The notes beneath the pieces are model-generated. The model worked only from the letters and a program-made list of their open reading frames with translations. It had not been told where the DNA came from and did no database searches. Both the position numbers and the translations under genes were made by a program. This document shows positions 33,636-34,928 of a stretch of DNA of 34,928 nucleotides, one piece after another. The DNA comes from Frankiales bacterium (GTDB lineage: Bacteria > Actinomycetota > Actinomycetes > Mycobacteriales > SCTD01), in NCBI GenBank assembly GCA_025965735.1, contig JAOPWK010000095.1, forward strand, positions 1-34,928. Direction: 5' to 3'. Within the stretch, counting starts at the first letter, position 1; the number at the start of each line of letters is the position of its first letter.

Positions 33636-33848
33636 ATGTGCACTCCCTGCAGCCACAGCCCCGCCTGTCCCCCCGCCTGGGCCGCTGACCACGACGCGGC
33701 GCGCGCGGTCAGCCGTCACCCCGAGCAGGGCTGGAGCCTGCTCTGCAACGGGGTCGTGCTGTTCGAGGACACCGGCGAGATCCTGCCCGACGGCCGTACG
33801 GTCGCCCCGCACCGCCCGGCCTGCCGCGTCTGGACCCCCGCCGCTTAG
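33636..33848 (+). CDS. small Cys-containing conserved actinobacterial protein (DUF5999-like)
   Basis: MCTPCSHSPACPP...HPEQGWSLLCNGVVLFEDTGEILPDGRTVAPHRP matches my memory of the DUF5999 family core (HPEQGWSLLCNGV.LFEDTGELLPDGR). ATG 33636 lies 8 nt after GGAG. Confidence 0.7.
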   Translation: MCTPCSHSPACPPAWAADHDAARAVSRHPEQGWSLLCNGVVLFEDTGEILPDGRTVAPHRPACRVWTPAA

Positions 33849-33875
33849 CTCTCCTCGTACGCAGTCCCTTATGCG

Positions 33876-34928
33876 CTACTCCTCGTATGCCTCCGGGCTC
33901 GGGCAGCTGCACACCAGGTTGCGGTCGCCGAACGCCCCGTCGATCCGCCGCACCGGCGGCCAGTACTTGCCCGACCGCGATACCCCGGCCGGGAAGGCCG
34001 CCGTCTCGCGCGGGTAGGCCCGCTCCCACTCCCCCGCCAGGCACGACGCCGTGTGCGGGGCGCCCCGCAGCGGGTTGTCGTCCTTGGGCCATCTGCCGGC
34101 GGCGACCTCGTCGATCTCCTTGCGGATCGCGATCATCGCGTCGCAGAAGCGGTCCAGCTCGGCGAGGTCCTCGCTCTCGGTCGGCTCGATCATCAGCGTC
34201 CCCGCGACCGGGAAGCTCATGGTCGGCGCGTGGAAGCCGTAGTCGATCAGGCGCTTGGCCACGTCGTCGACCGTCACGCCGGTCTCCTTGGTGATCGTCC
34301 GCAGGTCGACGATGCACTCGTGCGCGACCAGCCCGCCGCGGCCGGTGTAGAGCACCGGGAAGTGCGGCTGCAGCCGGTGGGCGACGTAGTTGGCGTTGAG
34401 CACCGCGACCTGGGTGGCGCGGGTCAGGCCCTCACCGCCCATGAGCCGGACGTACGCCCAGCTGATCGGCAGGATCCCCGCGCTGCCGTACGGCGCCGCG
34501 CTGATCGGGCCGGGTCCGGTGGCCGGACCGGCCTCCCGCGCGAGGGGGTGGTACGGCAGGTACGGCGCGAGGTGCTCGCGGACCGCCACCGGCCCCACGC
34601 CGGGGCCGCCGCCGCCGTGCGGGATGCAGAACGTCTTGTGGAGGTTGAGGTGGCTGACGTCGGCGCCGAACTTGCCGGGCTTCGCGAGGCCGACCAGCGC
34701 GTTGAGGTTGGCGCCGTCGACGTAGACCTGCCCGCCGGCGTCGTGCACCGCGGCGCAGATGTCGGTGATGGTGTCCTCGAAGACCCCGTGCGTGCTCGGG
34801 TAGGTGACCATCAGCGCGGCCAGCCGGTCCCCGTGCTGGGCGATCTTGGCGTGCAGGTCCTCGACGTCCACGTCGCCGGTGGGTGCGGTCGCGACCACCA
34901 CGACCCGCATGCCGGCCATGACCGCGGA
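33876..34928 (-). CDS. gcvP: glycine dehydrogenase (decarboxylating), glycine cleavage P protein, C-terminal part (5' end lies beyond the window)
   Basis: The product reads [12 protein letters not shown]...[12 protein letters not shown]...[26 protein letters not shown]..., the PLP-Lys region of GcvP. The frame stays open to the window edge. Confidence 0.92.
   Translation of the reverse strand, partial: SAVMAGMRVVVVATAPTGDVDVEDLHAKIAQHGDRLAALMVTYPSTHGVFEDTITDICAAVHDAGGQVYVDGANLNALVGLAKPGKFGADVSHLNLHKTFCIPHGGGGPGVGPVAVREHLAPYLPYHPLAREAGPATGPGPISAAPYGSAGILPISWAYVRLMGGEGLTRATQVAVLNANYVAHRLQPHFPVLYTGRGGLVAHECIVDLRTITKETGVTVDDVAKRLIDYGFHAPTMSFPVAGTLMIEPTESEDLAELDRFCDAMIAIRKEIDEVAAGRWPKDDNPLRGAPHTASCLAGEWERAYPRETAAFPAGVSRSGKYWPPVRRIDGAFGDRNLVCSCPSPEAYEE

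Noticed and set aside
33846-33887. Short direct repeat CTCCTCGTA[CT]GC on both sides of the gcvP stop, with a similar 10-mer at 27559-27568.
   Set aside because: Matches of 10-12 nt recur by chance many times in 35 kb of compositionally biased DNA. One copy is simply the AYEE C-terminal codons of gcvP. No structure or function is implied.

Overview
Very GC-rich (by eye above 70% G+C) chromosomal segment, almost certainly from an actinobacterium. RbpA, separate Lnt and Ppm1 genes, FxsA, an F420-type PPOX protein, a DUF5999-like protein and a Lat/aldehyde-dehydrogenase pair support this. The lnt-ppm1-fxsA/rbpA and lat-pcd arrangements resemble the mycobacterial loci as I remember them. I call about 40 protein genes, nearly all core metabolism or cell-envelope functions. 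They include: maf-dus; glpD; a 5'-3' exonuclease; an acyl-CoA dehydrogenase coupled to an Lrp/AsnC regulator; a four-gene CUT1-type sugar ABC importer; a CoA-transferase/ThDP-enzyme/thioredoxin cassette; a MOSC protein; lat plus an aldehyde dehydrogenase; an amidohydrolase; lnt-ppm1-fxsA; rbpA; a two-domain NlpC/P60 hydrolase with a perfect (PVAK)14 repeat; a yybP-ykoY Mn2+ riboswitch ahead of a UPF0016/GDT1 transporter; fprA; a CAP-domain secreted protein; a HAD phosphatase; a chorismate-binding enzyme; and the 3' part of gcvP. I found no tRNA or rRNA genes, CRISPR array, transposase, integrase, or defence-island-like content. This reads as an ordinary core region, and I cannot support a clearly novel multi-gene system. 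The best unexplained signals are: (1) a 66-bp palindromic element (25-nt arms, 16-nt spacer) present twice, 30.7 kb apart, with one covarying base pair; (2) a sigma-R/sigma-H-type promoter (GGGAAT-N18-GTTG) exactly upstream of rbpA, and a weaker look-alike upstream of fprA; (3) the NlpC/P60 protein, which has an intact domain and a Cys-less domain joined by a 168-bp perfect repeat; (4) a translationally coupled family-III CoA-transferase plus ThDP enzyme of unknown substrate; and (5) four convergent gene pairs that share a CTAG double stop codon. Many long ORFs in the track are off-frame or antisense artefacts of the GC-rich composition and were rejected.
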